IMG/VR virus record: IMGVR_UViG_3300025872_000051
Coordinates: 1 to 64,000 of that record
Length of the DNA stretch: 64,000 bases
DNA from: a virus
Direction: 5' to 3' (one strand)
Position 1 is the stretch's first letter; every line of letters begins with the position of its first letter. A model generated the notes under the pieces. It searched no databases. It was not told the origin of the DNA and saw only the letters and a program-made list of their open reading frames with translations. Positions 8,511 through 16,980 of the stretch are shown piece after piece. The translations under genes were made by a program, and so were the position numbers.

Positions 8511-8648
8511 ATGGATCCTTTCAACGACAACTATCAAATTGAAGAGGAAGGTTACTTCAACTTTGTTGATGAAGATGACATCTTTATTGATGAAGAGTTT
8601 GATGACCAATCCTTCAACGAATACCTCAACTCTACGCAAGATTTCTGA
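8511..8648 (+). CDS. Very acidic 45-aa peptide
   Basis: Hand-translated MDPFNDNYQIEEEGYF...; 16 D/E and no K/R. Confidence 0.55.
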   Translation: MDPFNDNYQIEEEGYFNFVDEDDIFIDEEFDDQSFNEYLNSTQDF

Positions 8649-8650
8649 TT

Positions 8651-8839
8651 ATGACGCCCGAAACTTATACTTTCAGTGGTGATGCTGTTACCTTCCTTGG
8701 TTTGGTTGGTGTTGCTTCAACGCTTCTTATTGTTGTTACTTCTTTCCGTAGGTTCTTCAATAGTCCTTACAATGTTCGTGTGACACCTAAACAAGTGACC
8801 ACCGAACCTACCACTGAAACCGAAACTCCTGTATCCTGA
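8651..8839 (+). CDS. Small single-TM protein
   Basis: FLGLVGVASTLLIVV followed by RRFFNSPYN. Confidence 0.65.
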   Translation: MTPETYTFSGDAVTFLGLVGVASTLLIVVTSFRRFFNSPYNVRVTPKQVTTEPTTETETPVS

Positions 8840-8843
8840 ACAA

Positions 8844-9056
8844 ATGACTGAAACTGTGAACGTGCTGCCTCATCTGAACGAACTCAAAGAGATTTGGCGC
8901 AAGCAAGATTTCACCTTTACTAAACAACAACAGGAGGAATACGACCTTTTGCTTGCTGCACGTCGTGAACGTGTGAAATACTTTTACGATAATGATATGG
9001 TGTGTAAGATTAGTAAATCTGCTCAAGATAAACTTCGTGATGCTGAAGATAACTAA
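8844..9056 (+). CDS. Small hypothetical protein
   Basis: ORF track. Confidence 0.65.
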   Translation: MTETVNVLPHLNELKEIWRKQDFTFTKQQQEEYDLLLAARRERVKYFYDNDMVCKISKSAQDKLRDAEDN

Positions 9057-9081
9057 ATACTAGAAAAGTGTTTAGATGACG

Positions 9082-9735
9082 ATGAAGACCTTTCAGGAGT
9101 TTATGTCTATTTGCGAAGCGTCTGATGCTGATGCTGCCAAGCAACTTGGTTGGGGTGGTGGCGCCTCAATTAAGAAAACTGGAGAAGGTGGAAGAATCGG
9201 AAGAGAGCGTAAAAAGACAACTCCCGAAAGGCGTCGTATGAGAGCAGTCGGTGGGGGTAAAATGGAACCCGTTGACTATAAACCACGCAAGGATATTGGT
9301 CAGCAAAGAACAGCATCTGAGCGCCAACAACAACCAGAACAAGAGCGTGGAAGTGCTGAAGTAAAGCAATCTTATGCTGAAAAGGTAAAAGCAGAACGTA
9401 GAGCAGCAGCGCAAGCAAGAATTGCTGCTAAGAAAGGTGGTGGAGAAGCACCATCAGCAGCAAAACCAAAGGCAAAGGAAGCATCAGCAACTGCAACAAA
9501 ACTTTTATCTAAAAAGAAAGAAGAAAAACCAGCGCATCCTGACTATAAACCTCAGCAAGCGTCTGGTATGACTAGAGCAGAAAGAGATAGAGCAAGAAAT
9601 AAGGCAAAAAGTGAAATGCTAAAGCAAAGAAAAGCAAAACTCTTCGCAGATTTTAAGGAAACTCACGGTCGTTCACCAACTGCAAAAGAAAGAACTAAGT
9701 TGCTTGGTTTAGCTCATCAATCAATGAAAGGTTGA
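9082..9735 (+). CDS. Basic Ala/Lys/Arg-rich late protein with capsid-targeting-like N-terminus
   Basis: ACTAAATA at 9052; MKTFQEFMSICE; alternative start at 9076. Confidence 0.65.
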   Translation: MKTFQEFMSICEASDADAAKQLGWGGGASIKKTGEGGRIGRERKKTTPERRRMRAVGGGKMEPVDYKPRKDIGQQRTASERQQQPEQERGSAEVKQSYAEKVKAERRAAAQARIAAKKGGGEAPSAAKPKAKEASATATKLLSKKKEEKPAHPDYKPQQASGMTRAERDRARNKAKSEMLKQRKAKLFADFKETHGRSPTAKERTKLLGLAHQSMKG

Positions 9736-9742
9736 TTGAATT

Positions 9743-9777
9743 AAAATATCTCACCTCCAAAGTGTCCCTATAGTATA
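9743..9777 (+). repeat. 32-bp repeat, copy 2
   Basis: AAAATATCTCACCTCCAAAGTGTCCCTATAGT-ATA. Confidence 0.95.
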
Positions 9778-9791
9778 GGCACAACCACATT

Positions 9792-9989
9792 ATGAACCGA
9801 ATTGAAATCCAAAGAGCACTTTATGATGCTCGCAATGAGTATCTGAAGGCAAAGAAATCTGTAGAGTTCTGGACTCGTGAGATTGCTTTCCTGAAAGAAT
9901 GTGAGGATAATCTGGACAAACCTGCTGATTGGTTGTATAATGAAATGTTTGGTGATACTCCTATCGCTGAAGAAGTTTACGGAGGTTGA
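9792..9989 (+). CDS. Small hypothetical protein
   Basis: ORF track; first gene after repeat copy 2. Confidence 0.6.
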   Translation: MNRIEIQRALYDARNEYLKAKKSVEFWTREIAFLKECEDNLDKPADWLYNEMFGDTPIAEEVYGG

Positions 9990-10306
9990 TGATGGCAACT
10001 TGGAGAGCAGAAGTATTTGTCAACTCACAAGTTGGCAGGATTACAACGGAAGTAGAGGCAGCAACTGCATCTGGAGCACAGCAACAGATTTATGCTAAGC
10101 ACGGAAATGTTCAGCAGATTGTTAATCTTCGCCAAGTAAGTTCTGGTGGTGGAGGTTCTTCATTCAGTTCTGGAGATACTGAAGGACTTGTGTGGTTGCT
10201 TGGAATTGGATTTGTACTCTATTTGCTTGTAACTTACTGGTATATTGCTATTCCTGTCGCAGTTGTTCTTGGTATTCTCCTTTTTATGGGAATGTCAGAG
10301 GATTAA
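9986..10306 (+). CDS. Small membrane protein with a C-terminal TM hairpin
   Basis: Hydrophobic C-terminus; its TAA stop overlaps the start of repeat copy 3. Confidence 0.65.
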   Translation: MMMATWRAEVFVNSQVGRITTEVEAATASGAQQQIYAKHGNVQQIVNLRQVSSGGGGSSFSSGDTEGLVWLLGIGFVLYLLVTYWYIAIPVAVVLGILLFMGMSED

Positions 10307-10339
10307 AATAGCTCACCTCCAAAGTGTCCTAATACTAGA
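10305..10339 (+). repeat. 32-bp repeat, copy 3
   Basis: AAAATAGCTCACCTCCAAAGTGTCCTAATACT-AGA. Confidence 0.95.
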
Positions 10340-10341
10340 TA

Positions 10342-11583
10342 ATGCAACTTATGAACATTCAACTCCGTCCCCATCAAGAACGTGGCGTTGCTGCTATGCA
10401 ACAGCATAACAAAGGTCAAATCATTGTTCCTACTGGTGGTGGAAAGACGCTCAAGATGATCTATGATGCTCTGCGCGAGTTTCAATCTGAAACTCCTCAG
10501 ACCATTGTTGTAGTCGCTCCGCGTATTCTTCTTGCTGAGCAACTCTCTGCTGAGTTTCTGGAGTTTATTACTAACGCTAAGGTTTTTCACGTTCACAGTG
10601 GTGAGACGCATCACGAAAGTTCTACTCGTCCCCGTGAGATTTACAACTGGGTTAATGCTAATGCCGACAATCACAAACTGATTGTAACCACCTACAACTC
10701 TCTGTCACGTCTTCAAGTGGCACAGATTGATGTGGATACCATCTACTTTGACGAAGCACATAACAGCGTTCAGCGTCACTTTTTCCCTGCGACTGAGCAC
10801 TTCTCTGCTAACGCACGACGCTGCTATTTCTTCACTGCTACCCCCAAACATTCTCTTGCTGTGGGTAAACCTGGAATGAATGATGTTGCTGTTTATGGTC
10901 AGGTCATCTGCAAAGTTCCTGCTCCTGAACTTGTTGAAGGTGGTTACATTGTGCCCCCTAAAGTTATCGTCAAGCAACTGCCGATGGTAACTGGAAAGCA
11001 GACCAACTATGACCGCGATGCAGAGAACCTGCTGGAAACGATTGATGAGAACAGCGTCGGTAAGATCCTGATCTGTGCTAAGGCAACCAAGCAAATCGTT
11101 TCGCTTGTGTCTGAAACTGATTTCTGCTCTGAACTAGAGGATCGCGGTTACTCTTGGATGTATATCACCTCCAAGACGGGTGCTATCATTGATGGTCAGA
11201 AAGTGAACCGCGAGGTATTCTTTGACACCCTATCTGCTTGGGGTAAGGATAACGACAAGAAGTTCGTTGTTCTACACCATAGCATCCTCGCTGAGGGTAT
11301 CAACGTCAGCGGTCTGGAAGCGGTACTCTTCCTTCGCAATATGGACTTCATTGGTATCTCTCAGACCATCGGACGTTGCATCCGTTTGCATCACGATGAT
11401 GCGAAAGGTATGCGCGATGGACGTATCCAACCTGGCAACCTTGCTCAGTATAGCAAATCGTTCGGTCTGGTTTGTGTACCTGTGTACTCTAAGGTTGGTA
11501 TCAGCACCGCCCGTGCAGTTCAGTCGGTTGTTGATACGATTTTCCAGAAGGGGGAACCTGCCGTGTCGGTGGTTCGCAGGTGA
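10342..11583 (+). CDS. Superfamily 2 (DEAH, ResIII-like) helicase
   Basis: LRPHQ, PTGGGKT, DEAH, TATP, LAEGIN, QTIGRCIR. Confidence 0.9.
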   Translation: MQLMNIQLRPHQERGVAAMQQHNKGQIIVPTGGGKTLKMIYDALREFQSETPQTIVVVAPRILLAEQLSAEFLEFITNAKVFHVHSGETHHESSTRPREIYNWVNANADNHKLIVTTYNSLSRLQVAQIDVDTIYFDEAHNSVQRHFFPATEHFSANARRCYFFTATPKHSLAVGKPGMNDVAVYGQVICKVPAPELVEGGYIVPPKVIVKQLPMVTGKQTNYDRDAENLLETIDENSVGKILICAKATKQIVSLVSETDFCSELEDRGYSWMYITSKTGAIIDGQKVNREVFFDTLSAWGKDNDKKFVVLHHSILAEGINVSGLEAVLFLRNMDFIGISQTIGRCIRLHHDDAKGMRDGRIQPGNLAQYSKSFGLVCVPVYSKVGISTARAVQSVVDTIFQKGEPAVSVVRR

Positions 11584-11587
11584 GACC

Positions 11588-11691
11588 CGCTGAGAACCCA
11601 GTCCCCATCAGGGTTCAAACCCTGATTTTTCTGTAATTTCACCACAACCGACCTAGAACCCATCCGCCGCAACCAAATCAACGATTTTTTC
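11588..11691 (+). repeat. 104-bp intergenic element, copy A
   Basis: Aligns without gaps to 19246-19349. Confidence 0.85.
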
Positions 11692-11700
11692 AAAAGTGTA

Positions 11701-12231
11701 ATGAACAACGAAACTTTTCTATGTCCTTGTTGTAGTTCTGAGAAAACATCAGACCATTTTGTGCTATCAGGCAGAAAGTTTCCTCTCATTTCAGTATGCA
11801 ATGAGTGTTCTGATGAGCACTTCGTTGAGAAGGTTGATTGCACTTGTTCCGTATGCAAAAGGAAACTACCTCACACCTATTTTCAACACTATCGCACAAG
11901 ATTCAAGAAGAATGGTATGCGATTGCGAGTAAATACAAATTGTAAGGATTGCTCACGGAAAGAAAGTTCTATCGTTTCTAAACTCAAGAGGGACAATCCT
12001 CCACCATCTTACTTGACTTCCTGCCCACAATGTAGTAAAGTTTGTTATGAAAAGGTAGAGGACATTCCTGAGGGTGTTGATGGTACAAATGGACCTTGGC
12101 AATGTGACCACGATCATAAAACAAAACAGTTTCGTGGATATTTGTGCAAGCGTTGCAATACAGGAACTGGACTAATCGGTGATAATGTAGAATACTTCCA
12201 AATTGCATTAGAGAATAAAAAAGAACGATGA
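11701..12231 (+). CDS. Endonuclease VII-like His-Me nuclease with N-terminal Zn fingers
   Basis: CPQC...CDHDHKTKQFRGYLCKRCNTGTG; several CxxC pairs. Confidence 0.8.
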   Translation: MNNETFLCPCCSSEKTSDHFVLSGRKFPLISVCNECSDEHFVEKVDCTCSVCKRKLPHTYFQHYRTRFKKNGMRLRVNTNCKDCSRKESSIVSKLKRDNPPPSYLTSCPQCSKVCYEKVEDIPEGVDGTNGPWQCDHDHKTKQFRGYLCKRCNTGTGLIGDNVEYFQIALENKKER

Positions 12232-13073
12232 ATCTCAATCAAATTATTACATCTGATAACGTTGAGTATCTAAAAACTCTTCCTGATGAATGTATTGATT
12301 TGATTGTAACTTCCCCTCCCTATGATGAACTCAGAGATTACAATGGATATACTCTAGACCTTCACAGTTTGGGTGAGCAACTTCTTCGCGTCTTGAAGGA
12401 TGGTGGAATCTGTGTGATGGTAATACAAGATTCTACGAAAGATTTTGCTAAATCTCTAACGTCATTTCGCACGATTGTTGATTGGTGCGATAACATTGGA
12501 TTTCGTTTGTTTGAGTGCAACATATATCACAGACAAGGAACTGAGGGTGCTTGGTGGACTAAAAGGTTTAGAGTGGATCATGAATATATGCCCATATTCT
12601 TGAAGGGTAGGAGACCACAATACTTTGACAAAGAGAATATCAAAATACCATCAAAGCACGCCAATAAGGTTATGACTGGTGCTAACATTCGCACTAAAAA
12701 TGGTAAAACTGGTTCTCGCAAAGTTAAAATCAATCCAACAAAATGCCCAGGAACTGTGATGACATTTGGTAATACTTGTGGTGGAGAAAGTAAGTTAAAA
12801 AGTCAGCATCCCGCAGTATTTCCCAATATGTTAGCGTATGATATGATAGAATGTTTCTGTCCACCAAACGGTGTGGTTCTTGATCCATTCAATGGAAGCG
12901 GCACTACAACTCTAGCAGCAAAGTGTCTAGGTAGAAACTATATTGGAATAGACATTTCTGAAGAGTATTGTAACATTGCTGTTCAGAGATTGCACACTGA
13001 AACGATAACCAGAAAAAAGGTAGAAACTACAAATCAACTTATAGGATTGGAGCAATTTATTAGTTATGATTGA
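12228..13073 (+). CDS. DNA methyltransferase, beta class (SPPY, probably N4-cytosine)
   Basis: IDLIVTSPPY...HPAVFP...VLDPFNGSGTT. Confidence 0.9.
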   Translation: MNLNQIITSDNVEYLKTLPDECIDLIVTSPPYDELRDYNGYTLDLHSLGEQLLRVLKDGGICVMVIQDSTKDFAKSLTSFRTIVDWCDNIGFRLFECNIYHRQGTEGAWWTKRFRVDHEYMPIFLKGRRPQYFDKENIKIPSKHANKVMTGANIRTKNGKTGSRKVKINPTKCPGTVMTFGNTCGGESKLKSQHPAVFPNMLAYDMIECFCPPNGVVLDPFNGSGTTTLAAKCLGRNYIGIDISEEYCNIAVQRLHTETITRKKVETTNQLIGLEQFISYD

Positions 13074-13242
13074 AGGATTCATTATTGGTAAAGGTGACTA
13101 TGCTGCCGTTCCTTTCGGTGAGCAACTGATGATAATCTATCAGGGTGAGCAACTCAAAGTATGCAAGACCGAAGCATCAGCACGAAAGTTTATTGTGGAT
13201 CATAAAAAGGGTAAATCCCAGGCACAACTTCCTATAGAATAA
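13066..13242 (+). CDS. Small hypothetical protein (58 aa)
   Basis: Hand-translated MIEGFIIGKGDYAAVPFG...; its stop overlaps repeat copy 4. Confidence 0.6.
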   Translation: MIEGFIIGKGDYAAVPFGEQLMIIYQGEQLKVCKTEASARKFIVDHKKGKSQAQLPIE

Positions 13243-13275
13243 AATAGCTCACCTCCAAAGTGTCCTAATAGTATG
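13241..13275 (+). repeat. 32-bp repeat, copy 4
   Basis: AAAATAGCTCACCTCCAAAGTGTCCTAATAGT-ATG. Confidence 0.95.
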
Positions 13276-14196
13276 ACGACCAAACAAATGCAGAACAAAC
13301 ATCTAGAGCACCCTGAAGATTGTATCCTGACTGGTGATCTGTCAGTTCTGGATTGGTTCTCTGAATCTGATAGTTCTATCAGCATCAAGATGGATGGTGC
13401 TCCTGCTATTGTGTGGGGAACAAATCCTCAGAATGGTAAGTTTTTTGTTTGTACAAAAGCAGCATTTAACAAGCAAAAGATTCGTCTTTGCTATAATGAG
13501 GATGACATCTTCACACATTTCGGTGGACAACCTCGCGTAACGCAAATCCTCATTTTCTGTCTGGATTTCCTTCCTCGCACTAATCAAGTGTTGCAAGGTG
13601 ATTGGATTGGTTTCGGCAGTGGGTTGGATACATTTACTCCGAACACGATTACCTACAAGTTTCCTGCACCAGTTCGTCAGGATATTATCATTGCACCTCA
13701 CACAATCTACAGCGGTGCTGATGATATTCGTGAGATGACTGCTGCTCCTTTGATGAGCAAACTCATCAGCACTAAGCATTGTCTTTTCGTGCAACCTCAG
13801 GTCTCTCTTAATCCTTTCCGTGAGGATTTGGAGGATGTGTGTAACTTTGCAAAGCAAATGTCTACGCTGTGTGAGTTTGTGAGCGACAAGAAAGCATCAC
13901 AAATTAAAAAAGAGATCAACGCTTGCATCCGTGAGCAAAAGGTCATTGATGAGGATGAAATTGCAGAAAAATGTGATTGTGATGTGAATGTCCTGCGTCT
14001 TTGGAAGTTGGTTAAATCTATCAAGGATGATTTGTTCCTGTTCATTCACGAAGAGGATGACATTGAGTGTTACATTCACGATGAGCAATCATTCCACGAA
14101 GGTTATGTGATTTCCAACAAGTATGGGACACTTAAAGTAGTGGACCGCGAAGTATTCTCTCACGCCAACTTCACCGTCAGCAAGAATTGGGGTTGA
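13273..14196 (+). CDS. DUF6267-like protein with a ligase/nucleotidyltransferase-like KxDG motif
   Basis: NKHLEHPED...IKMDGAPAIVWG...HEGYV...KVVDREVFS. Confidence 0.65.
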   Translation: MTTKQMQNKHLEHPEDCILTGDLSVLDWFSESDSSISIKMDGAPAIVWGTNPQNGKFFVCTKAAFNKQKIRLCYNEDDIFTHFGGQPRVTQILIFCLDFLPRTNQVLQGDWIGFGSGLDTFTPNTITYKFPAPVRQDIIIAPHTIYSGADDIREMTAAPLMSKLISTKHCLFVQPQVSLNPFREDLEDVCNFAKQMSTLCEFVSDKKASQIKKEINACIREQKVIDEDEIAEKCDCDVNVLRLWKLVKSIKDDLFLFIHEEDDIECYIHDEQSFHEGYVISNKYGTLKVVDREVFSHANFTVSKNWG

Positions 14197-14199
14197 GAT

Positions 14200-14234
14200 A
14201 AAATAGCTCACCTCTAAAGTGTCCTAGTAGTATG
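14200..14234 (+). repeat. 32-bp repeat, copy 5
   Basis: AAAATAGCTCACCTCTAAAGTGTCCTAGTAGT-ATG. Confidence 0.95.
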
Positions 14235-14393
14235 AGCACAACCAAAATGACTGAAACTGATCTCCTCACTCTCCGTGAGCAACTTCAGGAAGATTTGATG
14301 TCTTGGCGTGATGTAAATGATCTGCCCGAGTTTGTTGATGAAGAACTCTGCGACATCGTTGTTTATGCTTTCTCCAAGTTCCTGAATAAGTGA
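14232..14393 (+). CDS. Small acidic protein (53 aa)
   Basis: Hand-translated from the repeat ATG. Confidence 0.55.
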   Translation: MSTTKMTETDLLTLREQLQEDLMSWRDVNDLPEFVDEELCDIVVYAFSKFLNK

Positions 14394-14749
14394 TTATGAC
14401 TATCACTCTCGCTGAATACGCTGCACAGAAAGATGCAAGCAACACAATTTACCTTAACATCGTTAAGTATGGTTTGATGCTGTGTGATGCTCTCCAGCAA
14501 GATGCACCCGATGGTTACTTCTATGAACTGGATAGTTCTGGTCGCAAGTATCATAAAATCTGGATGCACATTGGAGACCGTCGTGATAGCATCCACGCCT
14601 TTATTGATAAGAAAACTGGTTCAGTATTGAAACCTGCAAGTGTAAAGGCACCTGCGAAGGGTGAGCGTTACAATCTGCTCTCTATTCCTTCCCGTGAGAA
14701 GTGTTTTGAGAACGCAACCTGGCACGGTTCTTATTTGTACGCTCGTTGA
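14390..14749 (+). CDS. Conserved phage protein (RKYHKI...HAFIDKKTG..KPAS.KAPAKG.RYNL)
   Basis: ORF track; motif widespread in phages. Confidence 0.7.
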   Translation: MIMTITLAEYAAQKDASNTIYLNIVKYGLMLCDALQQDAPDGYFYELDSSGRKYHKIWMHIGDRRDSIHAFIDKKTGSVLKPASVKAPAKGERYNLLSIPSREKCFENATWHGSYLYAR

Positions 14750-14751
14750 TT

Positions 14752-14786
14752 GAAAGGGGGGACGCTGAAAGTGTCCTAGTAGTATG
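14752..14786 (+). repeat. 32-bp repeat, copy 6 (chimeric, different left half)
   Basis: GAAAGGGGGGACGCTG-AAAGTGTCCTAGTAGT-ATG. Confidence 0.85.
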
Positions 14787-14903
14787 AACACTCCAAACTG
14801 GAAACACAACTCTGGTAAGCATAAACGAACCAAGGGTATGTGTAAGGGTAAAATCAAATCCCGCAAGCAATCTCTTCAATCACTCAAACTGAAACTGAAA
14901 TGA
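14784..14903 (+). CDS. Small basic peptide (39 aa, MNTPNWKHNSGK...)
   Basis: Hand-translated from the repeat ATG. Confidence 0.55.
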   Translation: MNTPNWKHNSGKHKRTKGMCKGKIKSRKQSLQSLKLKLK

Positions 14904-15065
14904 CCCTCACGCACATTAACGGCAAAAAACTCAAACAGTTTGCTATTACTGCCCCTGGATTTGAGTTTCCTGATTATGTTTATGCAGAAACAAGAGAGCA
15001 AGCAATTCTAGAGTGGGCAGATACTATTGTTTCTGTTGATGTAACTGAAATTGAAGAAGATTGAA

Positions 15066-15293
15066 ATGACTATTCCTAACTACAACGCCATTTCTTTTCA
15101 TTCTGAAGAAGAACATCAGGCAGCACTTTATGATGCTTGTTTGTTGATTGTCAATACCTACAACCAAACAGATATGCTGGATGGTTATTGTTTTGACCAC
15201 GGAAAAAATGAAACTATTACTTCATACGATTTTATGAAGTTTGCGCGTCGTATTATCAACAATTATGATTGCAACCCAAATGACTGTACCTAA
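15066..15293 (+). CDS. Small hypothetical protein
   Basis: ORF track 15051; ATG 15066 preferred. Confidence 0.55.
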   Translation: MTIPNYNAISFHSEEEHQAALYDACLLIVNTYNQTDMLDGYCFDHGKNETITSYDFMKFARRIINNYDCNPNDCT

Positions 15294-15425
15294 TCTCACA
15301 AGTCAGCACATAGATTTTAATGCTTGGTTGGAAGAATGTCCTGTTGAATGGTTCAAAAGTGCAAAACCAAGTGTAAATGGTTCTGCAACTTATGAGTTCT
15401 TTTTTGATGCTGTGACTGAGGAAGA

Positions 15426-15584
15426 ATGACCTACTCAAATTTCACACATAAAGAACTAAATGCTCTTTGTTCGGTATTTTTAGATCAAGTTGATTGGGGT
15501 GATAAGGAATTGACTGGTCTTGAAAGTGAAGAGTGTTTAGTTTTGTATCATAAACTTACTAAAATGCGAGAGGAACTTAAATGA
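15426..15584 (+). CDS. Small protein (52 aa) flanked by a 16-bp direct repeat
   Basis: AATGACCTACTCAAAT at 15425 and 15580. Confidence 0.55.
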   Translation: MTYSNFTHKELNALCSVFLDQVDWGDKELTGLESEECLVLYHKLTKMREELK

Positions 15585-15585
15585 C

Positions 15586-16083
15586 CTACTCAAATCTCTC
15601 CACCTTTACATAACCCTTATGCGACTTTCTATCACCTTTTGCTACATTGCATAGATGTGACTTTGAAAGATTATTCTCACGACAATACTTCGCAAGATTA
15701 GTAACTTCAATAACTTCTCCAGTTTCTTTAGTTAAAATCCAACTTTTTTCTGCGATTGTTCTACCTTCACTCTCAAACTTTTCTCTTTGAGATTTGTTGC
15801 CTTTCACTCCATTCTCTTTAACCTTATCTGGATTTTGTTCTCTCCACTTTCTTCCACCTTCTAGGATAACATTCATAAATGCTCTATTTCTTGCTTTTCT
15901 AAACTCTGGATTTTTTACATCACCTAAAATCATTTTGTAAGCACAAAAATCTTTATAATCTCCCCACAATCTCCACTCACAATAATGAAACATTGCGTGT
16001 TGAGTTGGTGTTACTTCAACAAGATTTGTTGGGTCGTCAGTTCCACCTCTGTGTTTGGGAATAATGTGGTGTTTGTGTTTCAT
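15586..16083 (-). CDS. HNH homing endonuclease
   Basis: HHIIPKHRGGTDDPTNLVEVTPTQHAMFH; C-terminal NLAKYCRENNL...HKGY; CTAAATA late promoter upstream on the minus strand. Confidence 0.88.
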   Translation of the reverse strand: MKHKHHIIPKHRGGTDDPTNLVEVTPTQHAMFHYCEWRLWGDYKDFCAYKMILGDVKNPEFRKARNRAFMNVILEGGRKWREQNPDKVKENGVKGNKSQREKFESEGRTIAEKSWILTKETGEVIEVTNLAKYCRENNLSKSHLCNVAKGDRKSHKGYVKVERFE

Positions 16084-16116
16084 CTTTAACCAAAGTTACC
16101 AGTATTATTTAGCGTA

Positions 16117-16380
16117 ATGACTAATGATTTTGCAACTTCCAATCTATCAAAAATCAAAACAAAGTTTAGGACTTCTGGTGCTATTTCACAACCACGAAGA
16201 AAGGCAGGTTCTACACTCAACGACATCGGAATGAGCACCAAAGAAACTATCAAATGTGCTACACAAGATGAGTATCTCAATCGTCTGTATTATGCTTTTG
16301 ACAATAGCACAGATGATAAACTGCGTCGGTTCATTTATGCTGAGATCCGCAAGATCCACATTCAGAGAGGCACTTGGTAA
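16117..16380 (+). CDS. Conserved cyanophage protein (SNLSKIK.K.RT...), N-terminus apparently rebuilt after the HNH insertion
   Basis: ORF track; stranded MTYSNLS start at 15581. Confidence 0.65.
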   Translation: MTNDFATSNLSKIKTKFRTSGAISQPRRKAGSTLNDIGMSTKETIKCATQDEYLNRLYYAFDNSTDDKLRRFIYAEIRKIHIQRGTW

Positions 16381-16389
16381 CTGAGAGAT

Positions 16390-16424
16390 AAAATAGCTCA
16401 CCTCCAAAGTGTCTCAATAATATA
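16390..16424 (+). repeat. 32-bp repeat, copy 7
   Basis: AAAATAGCTCACCTCCAAAGTGTCTCAATAAT-ATA. Confidence 0.95.
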
Positions 16425-16440
16425 AAGGCAACTATTCAAC

Positions 16441-16980
16441 GTGTTTGTTTCTATTTTTGAGGACGGATCTCTCCAAGATTACATCAATCAAAATGCACAA
16501 GATCCTTGGATTGGTACACCTTTCCAGGGTTATGTGTTTATGTCTCCCAAGCAAAAGGGGGAGTTTGGTGAGCGTTTCGTCTCTAAGTTCTTTGAGAATG
16601 TATTGTTGTGTGATGTAAAACGTGCCAAAACATCTACAGCAGGGCACGATCGTGTGATTGATAACATTCGCACAGAAATCAAGTTCTCTCTTGCTACCCG
16701 TGACAAAAAAGGTGGCACAAAGAAAGATCAATTTATCATCAATCACGTTTCTAAAGATAAAGATTGGGAACGTCTTGTGTTCTTTGGTATCAACCAAGAT
16801 GAGAAAGATTGTCGCCTGTTTTGGTTCAGTAAAGAGGATTTCCTGAATCATCTTGAGTCGGAAGATTGTCTGTTTGCACCACAACAAGGTGGAAAATCTA
16901 TCGGCAATGATGATTACATTTGCACAAAAGTTGATCGTCTGGTAGAATGTTCCTTTGTGAAGAGCATAACCGAATGGTGA
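16441..16980 (+). CDS. Putative PD-(D/E)xK restriction endonuclease
   Basis: KGEFGE...GHDRVID.IRTEIKFS; overlaps the downstream MTase gene. Confidence 0.6.
   Translation: MFVSIFEDGSLQDYINQNAQDPWIGTPFQGYVFMSPKQKGEFGERFVSKFFENVLLCDVKRAKTSTAGHDRVIDNIRTEIKFSLATRDKKGGTKKDQFIINHVSKDKDWERLVFFGINQDEKDCRLFWFSKEDFLNHLESEDCLFAPQQGGKSIGNDDYICTKVDRLVECSFVKSITEW

Noticed and set aside
11607-11630. ATCAGGG/CCCTGAT hairpin plus T run as the function of the 104-bp element
   Set aside because: Pairing is not preserved in copy B; it may act as a terminator in copy A only
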